DNA from: Raja brachyura
Lineage: Eukaryota
Direction: 5' to 3'
Length of the DNA stretch: 64,000 bases
NCBI GenBank assembly: GCA_963514005.1
Contig: OY740784.1
Location: forward strand, 86,056,001-86,120,000
The notes beneath the pieces were generated by a model. That model was given only the letters and a program-made list of their open reading frames with translations. It was not told where the DNA came from and made no database searches. This document shows, piece after piece, positions 1 through 13,237 of the stretch; within the stretch, counting starts at the first letter, position 1, and the number at the start of each line of letters is the position of its first letter. The translations under genes and the position numbers were made by a program.

Positions 1-365
1 CAGAGCCAACATCATGGGGGACCCCTTCCTCCCCAGCAACAGACAGTTCCAACTGCTACCGTCAGGCAAACGCCTCCGTTGCCATGCTGTGAAAACGGAG
101 AGGATGAGAAGGAGTTTCTTCCCAGAGGCCATTAGGACTGTAAACTCCTATCTCACCAGGGACTAACATACTGTACCAATTTACTGTTGTGTGGTGTCTT
201 TTTAAAATTGTTCTTTTTTTCTTCCCACAAATATGAAATATGTGAATATGTGATTCTGTTACATTCTGTTTTGTAGTTTTTTTGCACAATCCGCAAGTAT
301 TGCCACTTTTCATTTCACTGCACATCTCGTATGCGTATGTGACGAATACACTGGACTCGACTTGC
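1..365 (+). mobile_element. Rex1/Babar-clade LINE 3' end
   Basis: Degenerate QLLPSGKRL..RRSFFPEAIR C-terminus, then 3' UTR and tail atgtgacgaataca followed by (cttga)-like repeats. Confidence 0.65.
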
Positions 366-529
366 TTGTACATCACAGTGAAAATGTTATGGATTGCAAG
401 TCCCACAAAGTGCGATGTAATCATGAGCACATTTTAATGATGCATGCCTATTTTATGAAAATAATTAAGAGATTTGTAACTTAATACATTATCTATTACA
501 CAATGAGAATGTTATGAGAATGATATGAG

Positions 530-1380
530 ACTTGGACAGGTTGGGGGAGTGGGCAGATGCATGGCAGATGAAGTTTAATGTGGATAAATGTGAGGTTATC
601 CACTTTGGTATCAAAAATAGGAAGGCAGATCATTATCTAAATGGTGTCAAGTTGGGAAAAGGGGAAGTACAACGGGATCTGGGGGTCCTTGTTCATCAGT
701 GTATGAAAGTAAGCATGCAGGTACAGCAGGCAGTGAAGAAAGCGAATGGCATATTGGCCTTTACAAAAAGAGTCGAGTATAGGAGCAAAGAGGTCCTTGT
801 GCAGTTGTGCAGAGCCCTAGTGAGACCACACCTGGAGTATTGTGTGCAGTTTTGGTCCCCTAATTTGAGGAAGGATATTCTTGCTATTGAGGGAGTGCAG
901 CATAGGTTTACAAGGTTAATTCCCAGGATGACGCGATTGTCATATGCTGAGAGAATGGAGCGGCTGGGCTTGTACACTCTGGAGTTTGGAAGGATGAGAG
1001 GATATCTTATTGAAACATATAAGATTGTTAAGGGTTTGGACACGCTAGAGGCAGGAAACATGTTCCCGATGTTGGGGGCGTCCAGAACCAGGGGCCACAG
1101 TTTAAGAATAAAGGGTAAGCCATTCAGAACGGAGACAAGGAAACACTTTTTCTCACACAGAGTTGTGTCTGTGTAATTCTATGCCTCAGAGGGCAGTGGA
1201 GGCTGGACCTCTGGATACTTTCAAGAGAGCTAGATAGGGCTCTTAAAGATAGCGGAGTCAGGGGATATGGGGAGAAGGCAGGAACGGGGTACTGATTGGG
1301 GATGACCAGCCATGATCACATTGAATGGCGGTGCTGTCTCGAAGGGCTGAATGACCTACTCCTGCACCTATTGTCTATTG
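530..1380 (+). mobile_element. CR1/HER1 LINE, 5'-truncated 3' end
   Basis: ORF 532-1176 has CR1 ORF2 C-terminal motifs (WQMKFNVDKCEVIHFG, LVRPHLEYCVQFWSP, TRGHSLRI); tail ctattgtctattg. Confidence 0.92.
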
Positions 1381-1589
1381 CATTTAGTCGAAGATGAGGT
1401 TAAATACAAATATTAAACAGCTCTGAAGAACTAACATGATTTTAAATTATGTTTAGCCTTTACATAATAAAAAAACTCCTATAAACTATCATCCCCATTA
1501 TCTGTTTCACAAGTGGTGACTGTGTGCTCTCCCACTCAATCTGTCAGGCTCTGCTGCAAATATGGTTTCAAATCATAACACACTGGCCC

Positions 1590-3701
1590 AAAGACTTTCC
1601 TAAACGGTGGAGGGGGGGGGGGGGCGGGGACTCAAATAGAGAAAACTAGTAGACAGTGTGTGAGGCAGGAGGCAGAGAAGGGAAGCATTCAGACCCAACA
1701 TGTAGGGGGGGGAAAGAAGATAAAAATAATAAACAGAGAATAAGAGGTGGTGGGTTTCTTAAATGTGTGAGCAGAGAGACAGAGGGATGTAAAATGAGGG
1801 TAGAAGCCATAGGGAGCAAGGTGAAAAGTAAAAGTGGCAGGCAGACAAATCCAGGGGGAAAATCAAAAAGGACCACTTTTCAACATAATTGTATAAGGGG
1901 TAAGAGTGTTGTAAAAACAAGCCTGAAGGCTTTGTGTCTCGATGCAAGGAGCATTCATAATAAGGTGGATGAGTTGAATGTGCAGATAGCCATTAATGAC
2001 TATGCTATAGTTGGGATCACAGAGACATGGCTCCAGGGTGACTAAGGCTGGGAGCTTAACATCCAGGGATATTCAATATGCAGGAGGGATAGACAGAAAG
2101 GAAAAGGATGTGGGGTAGCGTTGATGGATAGAGAGATTAACGCAATAGAAAGGAAGGACACTAGCTTGGAGGATATGGAATCGATATGGGTAAAGCTGCA
2201 AAACACTAAGGGGCAGAAAACGCTAGTGGGAGTTGTGTACAGGCCACCTAACAGCAGTAGTGGAGTTGGGGATGGCATCAAACAGGAAATTAGAAATGAG
2301 TGCAACAAAGGTAAAACAGTTATAATGGGTGACTTCAATCTACATATAGATTGGGTGAATCAAATTGGCAGGGGTGCTGAGGAAGAGGATTTCTTGGAAT
2401 GTATGCGGGATAGTTTTCTAAACCAACATGTAGAGGAACCAACGAGAGAGCAGGCTATTCTAGACTGGGTATTGAGTAATGAGGAAGGGTTAGTTAGTAG
2501 TCTTGTTGTGCGTGGCCCCTTGGGCAAGAGTGACCATAATATGGTTGAGTTCTTAATTAGGATGGAGAGTGACATAATTAATTCAGAAACAGGGTTCTGA
2601 ACTTAAGGAAAGGTAACTTTGAGGGTATGAGACGTGAATTGGCCAAGATAGACAGGCAATTGATTCTTAAAGGGTTGACGGTGGATGTGCAATGGAAGGC
2701 ATTTGAAGACTGCATGGATGAACTACAACGATTGTTCATCCCTGTTTGGCAAAATAATAAATCAGGGAAGGTAGTACATCCGTGGATAAAAAGGGAAATC
2801 AGGGATATTATCAAAACAAAAGATGAAGCATACAAATTAGCCACAAAAAGCAGCCTACCAGAGGACTGGGAGAAATACAGAGTCCAGCAGAGGAGGACAA
2901 AGGGCTTAATTAGGAAAAGGAAAATAAATTATGAAAGGAAATTCACAGAGAACATAAAAACTGACTGCAAAAGTTTTTATAGATATGTGAAGAGAAAAAG
3001 ATCAGTTAAAACAAATGTAGGTCCCTTGCAGTCAGAACGGGTGAATTGATCATGGGGAACAAGGACATGGCAGACCAATTGAATAACTACTTTGGTTCTG
3101 TCTTCACTAAGGAAGAGATAAATAATCTGCCGGAAATAGCAGGGGACCGCGGGTCAAATGAGATGGAGGAACTGAGTGAAATGCAGGTTAGCCGGGAAGT
3201 GGTGTTAGGTAAATTGAATGGATTAAAGGCCGATAAATCCGCAGGGCCAGAGTACTTAAGGAAGTAGCCCCAGAAATAGTGGATGCATTAGTGATAATTT
3301 TTCAAAACTCTTTGGATTATGGAAGAGTTCCTGAGGATTGGAGGGTAGCTAATGTAACCCCACTTTTTAAAAAGGGGGGGGGGGGGAGGAAGAAGAGAGA
3401 AAACAGGGAATTACAGACCAGTTAGTCTAACATCGGTAGTGGAGAAACTGCTAGAGTCAGTTCTTAAAGATGGGATAGCAGCACATTTGGAAAGTGGTGA
3501 AATCATTGGACAAAGTCAGCACAGATTTATGAAAGGTAAATCATGTCTGACGAATCTTATAGAATCTTTCGAGGATGTAAAAAGTAGAGTGGATAAGGGA
3601 GAACCAGTGGATGTGTTATATCTGGACTTTCAGAAGGCTTTCGACAAGGTCCCACATAAGAGATTAGTATACAAACTTAAAGCACACGGTATTGGCGGTT
3701 C
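1590..3701 (+). mobile_element. CR1/HER1 LINE, decayed ORF2 (APE endonuclease and N-terminal RT)
   Basis: Frameshifted pieces with GITETWL, GVVYRPP, IMGDFN, ILDWVLSN, SDHN (APE) and QHRFMKGKSCLTNL, YLDFQKAFDKVPH (RT); resumes at about 5849-5908. Confidence 0.92.
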
Positions 3702-5850
3702 ATAGAAACATAGAAAATAGGTGCAGGAGGCGGCCATTCGGCCCTTCGAGCCAGCATCGCCATTCATTGTGATCATGGATGATCGTCCCCTATCAATAAC
3801 CCGTGCCTGCCTTCTCCCCATATCCCTTTACTCCACTAGCCCCTAGAGCTCTATCCAACTTTCTCTTAAATCCATCCAGTGATTTGGCCTCCACTGCCCT
3901 CTGTGGCAGGGAGTTCCATAAATTCACAACTCTCTGGGTAAAAAAGTTTCGTCTCACCTCAGTCTTAAATGACCTCCCCTTTATTCCAAGACTGTGGCCG
4001 CTGGTTCAGGACTCGCCCAACATTGGGAACATTTTTCCTGCATCAAGCTTGTCCAGTCCTTTTATAATTTTATATGTTTCTATAAGATCCCCCGTCATCC
4101 TAAACTCCAGTGAATACAAGCTTAGTCTTTTCAATCTTTCCTTATATGACAGTCCCGCCATCTCAGGGATCAATCTCGTGAACCTACACGGCACTGCCTC
4201 AATCACAAGGATGTCCTTCCTCAAATTAGGAGACCAAAACTGTACACAATACTCCAGATGTGGTCTCACCGGAGCCCTATACAACTGCAGAAGAACCTCT
4301 TTACTCCTGTACTGAAATCCTCTTGTTATGAAGGCCAACATTCCATTAGCTTTCTTCACTGCCTGCTGTACCTGCACACCAACTTTCAGTGACTGGTGTA
4401 AAGGACACCCAGGTCTCACTGTACCTCCCCCTTACCTAACCCTATTGAGATAATAATCTGCCCCCTTGTTTTTGCCACCAAAGTGGATAACCTCACATTT
4501 ATCTATATTATACTGCATCTGCCCACTCACTCAACCTGTCCAGGTCCCCCTGCAACCTCCTAACATCCTCTTCACAGTTCACACAGCCACCCAGCTTTGT
4601 GTCATCTGCAAACTTGCTAGTGTTGCTACTAATTCCCTCTTCCAAATCATTAATATATATGGTAAACAGTTGCGGCCCCAACACCTAGCTTTGCGGCACT
4701 CCACTTGCCACTGCCTGCCATTCTGAAAAGGACCCGTTCACTCCTATTCTTTGCTTCCAGTCTGCCAACCAACTTTCAATCCACCCTACCCCCAATACCA
4801 TGTGCTCTAATTTTAGTCACCAGTCTCCCGTGCGGGACCTTATCAAAGGCTTTCTGAAAGTCTAGATGCACTACATCCACTGGCACCCCTTCATCCATTT
4901 TACTTGTCACATCCTCATAAAATTCCAGAAAATTAGTCAAGCAAGATTTCCCTTTCATAAATCCATGTTGACTTGGACTAATCCTTTTACTGCTATCCAA
5001 ATGCTCCATTATTACCTCTTTAATAATCGACTCCAGTATCTTTCCCACCACTGAAGTCAGGCTGACTGGTCTGTAATTCCCCGTTTTCTGTCTCGCTCCT
5101 TTCTTGAAAAGTGGGATAACATTAGCTATCCTCCAATCCACAGGAACTGATCCTGAATCTATTGAACATTGGAAAATGATCACCAATGCGTCGACTATTT
5201 CTAGAGCCACCTCCCTGAGGACCCTGGGATGCAGACCATCAGGCCCAGGGGATTTACCATCCTTCAGTCCCATTAGCCTACTAAATACTATTTCTCGCCT
5301 AATGAAAATTTATTTCAGTTTCTCTACCCCCTTAGATCCTCTGCCCTCCAGTACATCTGGGCGATTGTTTGTGTCCTGCTTAGTGAAGACAGATCCGAAG
5401 TACCTATTCAACTCTTCTGCCATTTCCTTGTTGCCCATAATTATTTCACCCGTGTCTGCCTTCAGGGACCCACATTTGACTTTGCTACACTTTTTCCCTT
5501 AACATATCTAAAGAAGCTTTTATTGTGCTTCTTTATATTCCTGGCCAGCTTCCCCTCATACTTTATCTTTTCAGCCCGTATTGCCCGTTTTGTTTCCTTC
5601 TGTTGTCCTATGAAAGTTTCCCAATCCTCTGGCTTCCAGCCATTCTTTGCTGTGTTTTACATCTTTTCTTACAGTTTTATTCTATCCCTAACTTATGTTG
5701 TCAGCCACGGTTGCCTCCTACTCCCCTTAGAATCTTTCTTCCTTTTTGGAATGAAATGATCCTGCGTCTTCCTTATTATGCCCAGAAATTCCTGCCATTG
5801 CTATTCCACCGTCATTCCTGCTAGGATCCCTTTCCAGTCTACTTTGGCCA
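3702..5850 (-). mobile_element. CR1/HER1 LINE inserted antisense into the previous CR1
   Basis: (TTCTATGT)-type tail at 3702-3720; minus-strand ORFs 4776-5273 (GPDGLHPRVL, NYRPVSLTS, LDFQKAFDKVPH) and 4006-4419. Confidence 0.92.
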
Positions 5851-7889
5851 GTATTGATGTGGATAGAGAACTGGCTGGCAGACAGAAAGCAAAGAGTAGG
5901 AGTAAACAGCCACAGGTTTCTGATGATGGGGAAGGTGATTTGGGAGTCTGAATTACAAGTCACCCAAATGGAGCTGGTGTCTGCCTCTCAGCAGAGCGGA
6001 TTGTGGTTAAAAAAAATCTCTCCAACCCCCCAACGTTAATCAGGCAACTTGTGTAGGTTTCACCTTGCAAAGACACTGTTCAGATATGGAATGTCAACTT
6101 GCCTGGCTTGTTTGCATATCGCTGAGCACACACTCCTCCCGTTTTCAACCCAATTCAGAGTTGTTTGAGTGATTTACACATATAATTGATCTCGCTGTAA
6201 TTACTGGTCCCTGGCATTTCCCTACTCCACATATTCATAGCCTTGCTGATCTGTAAGCAAAATAAGTGTCTCAATATGCCTTGGTACACGTGATAATAAA
6301 GAAACTATTGAAGTACTGGAGTAACTCAGCAGGTCAGGTGGCATCTCTGGAGAACGTGGATAGACAACATTTTGGGTTAGGATGCCTCTTCAAATTTAAC
6401 ATTTCAGGTCGAGGACATTTCTGGTGAAACATGAGCTTGGTTTCATTTTCCACAGAAGCAGCCTGGACTGTCAAATGTTTCATGTACTTTCTTTTTCAGA
6501 CAATTGAGCAACATAAAAGGCAACAATGTGCATTTGCCCAGCTCCTAAAATGTAAACTAAAGACCCCACTGGATGTCAAAGATTGAGGGGACAAATGACA
6601 GGTTTTAGGCAAGGTCACAGGACAGAGTACGTACGTTTATTGGCCAAGTATTCACATACAAGGAATTTGCCTTGGGGCTCCGCCCACAAGTAACAACATG
6701 ACATAGAATGACAGTTACGAATGACTCCAAAAACAAATTAATAATAAAGAGGGTGATGGAGATGTCTGGAGAAGCTTCGAGCTGCAATCTAGACTAGAGA
6801 TAAATGGATTGGGTGTGAAAGCAAAGAGGATGATGAAATTTAGGACAGGGGAGGGTCTGAAAGGCAAGAACGAGAGTGTGGGATTAGAAGTTCTGAAAAA
6901 GGAATGACCAGGCCATGGAATGACTTAAGATTGAGGCTGAATGTTTTAGACTGATGGAGTGGTGAGGGGGCGGGATGAAGGGGAACTTGGTCACCTGTCA
7001 CTTCTGCCTGAGCTAATGGAAGGGTTGTGGGGGGGGGGGTCAGAGTTAGTGGCAGGGGTCAAGGGGAAGAGCAAACCTGTTCTCCCTGTCTGGTCCATAT
7101 GTATCTTTTCACAATCATTGTTATCAGCAGTGCAACCACAGTGCAGTTTTTTCTGGACTATTTGCCTAGGAAGCATTTTGGGGCAGCCCAGGAATGTGGA
7201 AGTTACTATATAAATGAAAACGTCCACCATAAAGCACTGGGCTTGCTATATACAGGGTATATGAACCCTCACAAAATATAAATGTGAAACACGTTAGAGA
7301 TACAGGTCCTTCGGCCCACCGAGTCCATGCCAACCAGCAATCACCCTGTACACACTAGCGCTATCCTACACTAGGAACAATTCGCAATTTTACCAAAGCC
7401 AATTAATGTACAAAGGGCCTGTTTCCATGTTGTAGGTCTGAAGTATAGTCTAAATGTTTCTTAAACGGTGTGATAGTATCTGCTCAGCTACCTCCTCTGG
7501 CAGTGTGTTCCATATATCTACCACCCTTGGTGTATAAAGGTTGCCGCTCAGGTTCCTATTAAATCTCTCTCTGCCTGCCTGCCCCCCCCCCCCCCCCCCC
7601 CAACTTAAATCCACGTCCTCTGGTTCTTAATTCCTCTACGTTGGGTAAAAGATGGTGTATTTACCCTATCTGTTCTTCTCGTGATCTTGTACACATAAAC
7701 AAATGAAGGAAGGTATTACGTACAGAAGAATGGTGCAATCAGGGTTCGTCTGAAATGACCAGAAGCAAAATGGGCCCATTTGCAGTGAGGTATTTCAGTG
7801 TTCTAGGAGTGATGGAAGACATCACACAGGGAGCTGGAGCAAAAACTAGCACTGAGCTAAGAAATAACTCCCGCGAGGTAAGGGTAGCA

Positions 7890-8410
7890 GCCCAGGTTGT
7901 ATTTATTGATTACAGCTCGGCATATTCATTGATTATGGCTCGGCATTTAAAATAATCGTCCCCTCCAAGCTGGTTACCAAACACGCAGAACTGGGTCTCT
8001 GCGCACCCCTCTGCAATTGGATCCTCGACTTCCTCATTCACAGACCTCAGTCAGTTAGTATTGGTGGAAATGTGTCAGCCACAATAACAATCAGCACGGG
8101 AGCACCTGTTGTGGGACGTATCACTGATGGGCAAGAGTCGGAGTACAAAAGTGAGATCGACCGACTGACCAAATGGTGCCAGCACAATAACCTGGCCATT
8201 AGCACCAGCAAAACCAAGGAACTGTTCTGGACTTTGGAAGGGGGAGGATGGGGACCCACAGTCCCGTTTATATCAACGGGTCGATGGTGGAAAGGGTCAA
8301 GAGCTTCAAATTTCTGGGCGTGCATATCTCTGCCTACTATGTACTGGTGTGCTAAAGCAAAGCAAGAATTTCATTGTCCTATCAGGGACACATGACAATA
8401 AAACTTGAAC
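7890..8410 (+). mobile_element. Rex1/Babar LINE RT fragment with 3' tail
   Basis: FIDYSSA, CNWILDFL..RPQSV and WCQHNNLAISTSKTKEL motifs; tail catgacaataaa. Confidence 0.75.
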
Positions 8411-9040
8411 TCTTAATAAGGTTTGCGATTACTAGTGCTTTACTCTATTCCCACCCTGATAAGGGGGAAAGAGAGTTCTTCCAGATTTCTTTCACCCCAC
8501 CCCTGCAATCAGTCTGAAGAGAGGTCCCGACCCAACATGTCACCTTTCCAGGCTCTCTGGGAAAACTGCCTCACGCAAAGCTTGTTCAACAACTTGTCTT
8601 TCAAGGGGAAAATGTGACAGTTTTGTAAAATTCTGCAGCCAAGGAATATAAAGGATTAGAGGAGGGATGTTAGAGGAGGAAGTGCAAAAGTCACAGTGCA
8701 GTGATGTCCATGGTAGAATCTTTGTGGATTGCCTGAAGGAAGGACAGAAGCCCGACCATGCTGGAAGGATCACATTACATGTTGCTGCACTCAGCAAAGC
8801 AAATGGAGAGAGAAACCAGTAGACAAATTAGAAGCAGACACAAACAATTAGGTTAGAATTGATAATAATTACACCAAAATGGAGTGAGGCAGAGAAAATG
8901 TTTGCAGTACTTGACATTTCCCACGTCAAACAATTTCCTCAGTCTGGATATTCTTCTCACAAGAAATGAAGCATCACTCAACATACTTCTAGAGAATGAA
9001 GTCAATTTGGAAGCCAGGGATCATGAACAATTTAGTTTAG

Positions 9041-9370
9041 TGCAGGAAGGAACTGCAGATGCTGGTTTACACCGAAGATAGACACAAAATGCGAAGTAAC
9101 TCAGCGGGACAGGCAGCATCTCTGGATAGAAGGAATTGGTGACGTTTCGGGTTGAGACGCTTCTTCAGACTGAGAGTCAGAGGAGAGGAATAGAGATATG
9201 GAAGGGTAAAGTGTAAAAAAGAGAAATCAAAGGGGACAAAGCTCAAGTAAAATGTACCATGGATCATTGTCACCTTCCCCTCGGCTAACAATGACGTCTA
9301 CAAGCAGCAAAATTTAATCAGGACAGTAAAACTAGCGGAGAACTAGGATGTGAGAGGGACCGCATGGGAG
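9041..9370 (-). mobile_element. Penelope-like element 3' end/pLTR with decayed hammerhead core
   Basis: Minus strand ctgaagaagcgtctcaacccgaaacgtc (9141-9168) preceded by a pyrimidine-rich UTR; same terminus as the other copies. Confidence 0.6.
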
Positions 9371-9379
9371 ATTAGTTAA

Positions 9380-9655
9380 GCTTAAAGATACAGCACAGAA
9401 ACAGGCTCTTCGGCCCACTGAGTCCGTGCCAACCTGCGATTCCCACATGCTAACATCATCCTACACACCAGGAACACTTTACAAGTTACTGAAGCCAATT
9501 AACCTACAAACCCATATGCCTTTGGAGAGTGGCAGTAAACTGGTACCCAGAGAAAACTCATGCATGTCTCAGGGAGAAGGTACAAACAGCACCCGTTTTC
9601 ATGATCGAACCGGACAGCAGCTAAGGCAGCAACTCTACCGCTGCGCCACCGTGCC
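9380..9655 (-). mobile_element. tRNA-derived V-SINE (HE1-like)
   Basis: Head ggcacggtggcgcagcggtagagttgctgcc (A box) and gttcgatc (B box); CR1-like tail. Confidence 0.8.
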
Positions 9656-9824
9656 ATTCAAAATTCCCCATATTTTGGAAAATGTGCAGCCTTCCAAATG
9701 TAGAAAAGGAAGACTGGATTTAGATAGCACCGTTTATACCACTTCCCAAGATATTTCAAAGCATTTTACAGCCAAAGAAAAACCTAGTGTCGCCATTGTT
9801 AAAAAAGCAAGAAGTCATAATCTG

Positions 9825-10038
9825 TAGGAAGGAACTGCAGGTGCTGAATTAAGCCGAAGATAAGACACTAAATGCTGGCGTAACTCAGTGGGACAGACAG
9901 CATCTCTGGTGAGAACGAATGGTGACGTTTCGATTTGAGACCAAGAAGGGTTTGAGACACAAAGAAACGTCACCTATTCCTTCTTTCCCGAGATGCTGTC
10001 TGTCCTATTGAGTTACTCTAGCATTTTGTGTCTATCTT
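9825..10038. mobile_element. Palindromic Penelope-derived short element
   Basis: Inverted arms (gacactaaatgctggcgtaactcag / tgagttactctagcattttgtgtc); flanking 13-bp imperfect direct repeat aagtcataatctg / aagtcctcatctg. Confidence 0.7.
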
Positions 10039-10194
10039 AAGTCCTCATCTGAGCATGGCACATTCCCAGCGCAGCAACGCAACCAGAAAGGTTGATCGAG
10101 AAATACAACTGCGCAGAACAGCAAGGTAATTTGCCTCCTCTGTTTCAGAAGAACACCATGGATTATTTAACATCATAAGAATAAAGAGGTTAAA

Positions 10195-10495
10195 TTTACT
10201 TTAGACTTCGAGATACAGCATGGAAACAGGCCCTTAGGCCCAGAGTCTGCGCCGACCAATGATCACCCTGTGCACTAGCATCATCCTACACATTAGAAGT
10301 AATTTACAACTTACAGAAGCCATTTAACATACAAACCTGCACGTCTTTGGAATGTGGGAGGTAACCGGAGCACCCAGAGAAAACCCACGCAGACACAGGG
10401 AAAATGTTCAAACTCCGGACAGACGGCACCCGCAGTCAGGATCAAACCCAGGTCTCTGGCACTGTCAGGCAACTCTACCACTGCGACACCATGCT
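10195..10495 (-). mobile_element. V-SINE (HE1-like)
   Basis: Same head, body and tail as the other copies. Confidence 0.8.
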
Positions 10496-10699
10496 TCCCA
10501 TGCACAGAGTCTTTTACCCAGAGTAAGGCTATCGAGAACCGGAGTGTGGTGGATAAATGGCACAAGCTGCCAGAGGAGGTAGCTGATATACTATCACAAC
10601 ATTTAAGAAACATTTGGAAGGGTACATGGAGAGGATAGGTTTAGAGGGATATGGGGAAAATGCAGGCAGGTGAGACTAGTGTAGATGGGGCATATTGAG

Positions 10700-10795
10700 T
10701 CTGTTCCCAGTTTAACGTCCCACTGGAAAGACGGCACTTCGGACAGTGGAGCTCTCTCACTACAATATTGGCACATCAGCCTTGATCATTGAGCA
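10700..10795 (-). mobile_element. Ancient Deu-SINE (SacSINE1/AmnSINE-like) core fragment
   Basis: Minus strand ctccactgtccgaagtgccgtctttccagtgggacgttaaa resembles the Deu domain as I recall it; not checked against a database. Confidence 0.5.
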
Positions 10796-10927
10796 GTTAA
10801 AGTAGGGAAAGCAGGAAACCCATGCCAGCTTCAGGATACAGCAAACAATTCTGCGAGCTAGCAGATAATAGTGGGCACCGCCATTCCCGAGTCAGTGGGG
10901 CTGACATCAAATGACCTAACCCAGTGT

Positions 10928-11092
10928 GTGGGAAGGAACTGCATTTGCTGGTTTAAACCAAAGACAGACACAAAAAGCTGGAGTAACTCAGACTGAAGAA
11001 AGGACTCGACCCGAAACGTCACCCATTCCTCCTCTCCAGAGATACTGTTTGTCCCGCTGAGTTACTCCAGCTGTTTGTGTCTATCTTCGGTT
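10928..11092. mobile_element. Palindromic Penelope-derived element with hammerhead core
   Basis: TSD taacccagtgt (10917-10927 / 11093-11103); plus-strand core ctgaagaaaggactcgacccgaaacgtc at 10993-11020. Confidence 0.75.
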
Positions 11093-12139
11093 TAACCCAG
11101 TGTACATTGGAGGGAGGATTGCCAGGAATAAGCAAGCTTTGGTTGAGCTATTTTTTAAGCGACAAACAAACTCAACCTATTGGCAGTTTTCCAAATAGGA
11201 AGCTTTTCAAAGCCAGCCTAGTTGCCTAGACCAATCTCCAGAGTGGATTTTGTACCAGAACTTGAAAATGGCTCCATTCTGGCTGGAGCTGGTAAAAGGC
11301 AAATACTATTAATCTGTTTACCAAGGGCGGTTCTTCATCTTGTTGGGGGTTTTGAGGAGAGGGGCATACATGGCAGGGGTCAACCACTTCAATGCTGATG
11401 AGTAATCAGGGCATCATTCCTCTACTGGAGACCAGCAGACAGTGTTTATTTACACCGGCCACAGTGCAGCAATGACTGGGACATGCCAGTCGCTTCAAGC
11501 TTTTTGCCATACGACCCAAGAAAAAAAAAACCTTGGGCTGCAGCCTTTTCAATCTGGCCTGGCATGTGACAGCTGTGGGTCAACATGTGGTTAGCATACG
11601 TCCCGCGCACCAGGGGACCACGCTTGGTAACAAACTGCGACTTCAAACTCCATGAAGAGGATTCCCAGAAAGGACATCACCTGGGATCCTTCCATCTTTT
11701 CAACTTTAAATCCCAGTTGTCGGGACAGAGGGAAGTGTGGGAATGGGCCGGTGCAGCTCTCTCCGCTGTGAGTGACAAGCACCCGAGGCTGGGACATAAG
11801 CTAGTTCCGTGTCAGCTCATCACAGGCACCACATAAAGATCCTAAAGGGACTTGGCTAAGGGGCAGGCAGTGTGTGCTGGCAACATGTGCCAGCCACCTG
11901 GAAACACAAGTTGAGCTTCTCTTCCCACAGGCTCGATGAAAACAAGTTTACCCTTCCTGTTGCAGTGTGTTGGACACAATGCCTGAAACAGCAGCTGATA
12001 CTTTGAGGCAGTTCTGCTATTCCCTGCCTTACATCCTGCTCTAACAGATAACTTTCTCACAATTGACATAAAGTGCTTGAGTAATTCAGCGGGTCAGGCA
12101 GCATCTCTGGAGAGAAGGAATAAGTTAGATTTCAGGCTC

Positions 12140-12415
12140 AGAAATGATTGGGTTAACATATGATGAGTGTTTGATGGCACTGGGCCTGTGCTCGCTGCAG
12201 TTTAGATAGATGAGGGGGACCTCATTGAAACTTACCTAATAAAGGTCTGGATAGAGTGAATGTGGAGAGGATATTTCCACTAGTGGGAGAGTCAAGGACC
12301 AGAGGCCATAGCCTCAGAATGAAAGGATGTACATTTAGAAAGGAGATGAGGAGGAATTTCTTTAGTCAGAGGATGGTGAATATGTGGAATTTGTTGCTAC
12401 AGATGGCTGTGGAAC
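12140..12415 (+). mobile_element. CR1 LINE fragment
   Basis: ORF 12256: GESRTRGHSLRMKG..RRNFFSQR. Confidence 0.8.
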
Positions 12416-12958
12416 CAGCCAGTACCTGCCTACACAACTTTCTGACAATACTTCCACTGCTACGCAATATAAATTCGGAGACATTGGTCTCCGCTATCTC
12501 CGACCATGAGCTTTTTGCACGTGCAATGTCAATCCCGTAGTAAAATAATTCTTCCACTCATCAGACCTGGAGAGGGGGAGCAAGCCATCATTGACCACAC
12601 AGAGGGCTGCCCAGGAGTGTTTTGGGAAGACAACCAGAGGCAGTGGTGAGTAATTAACGGCAGGCACAGACCCACTGCCAGCCTGGGCAACATTAAGTGA
12701 TCCAAATAAAGCAACCAGTGGAGGAAAGGCCACTGAAAATACTCCCAAGCATTTTAGATCAGGTAAATGACAATTTACAGAAGCCAATTAACCTACAAAC
12801 CTGCACATCTTTGAAATGTGGGAGGAACCCGGAGCACCCAGAGAACACCCATGTGGTAACAGGGAGAATGTACAGACTCCACACACCCATAGTCAGACAG
12901 AAAATTCTGAAAATATTCTGAACATCTGTCATGGAACATCTGTAGAGGAGTTAACTAA

Positions 12959-13237
12959 TGCCCCTGTCCCACTTAGGAAACCTGAACAGAAACCTCTGGA
13001 GACTTTGCGCCCCACCCAAGGTTTCCTTGCGGTTCCCGGAGGTTTTTGTCCTCCGGCAACCACCTTCAACTAACATCGCAACCGGCTTCGACTAAAAAAT
13101 TACCGATTTTTAAAACAGAAACCACTTTCGACCATTAGGGAGACTGACAAGAACTTCCGGGAACCGCACGGAAACCTTGGGTGGGGCGCAAAGTCTCCAG
13201 AGGTTTCCATTCAGGTTTCCTAAGTGGGACAGGGGCA
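12959..13237. mobile_element. PIF/Harbinger-type MITE
   Basis: About 92-bp TIRs (tgcccctgtcccacttaggaaacc...) with about 5 mismatches; 3-bp TAA TSD at 12956-12958 and 13238-13240. Confidence 0.85.

Noticed and set aside
1656-3705. Functional endonuclease/RT gene
   Set aside because: Multiple stops and frameshifts, and interrupted by another LINE.
11200-11800. Possible BMP exon 4
   Set aside because: No minus-strand frame I read gave the expected KQPFMVAFFK or RXXR motifs.
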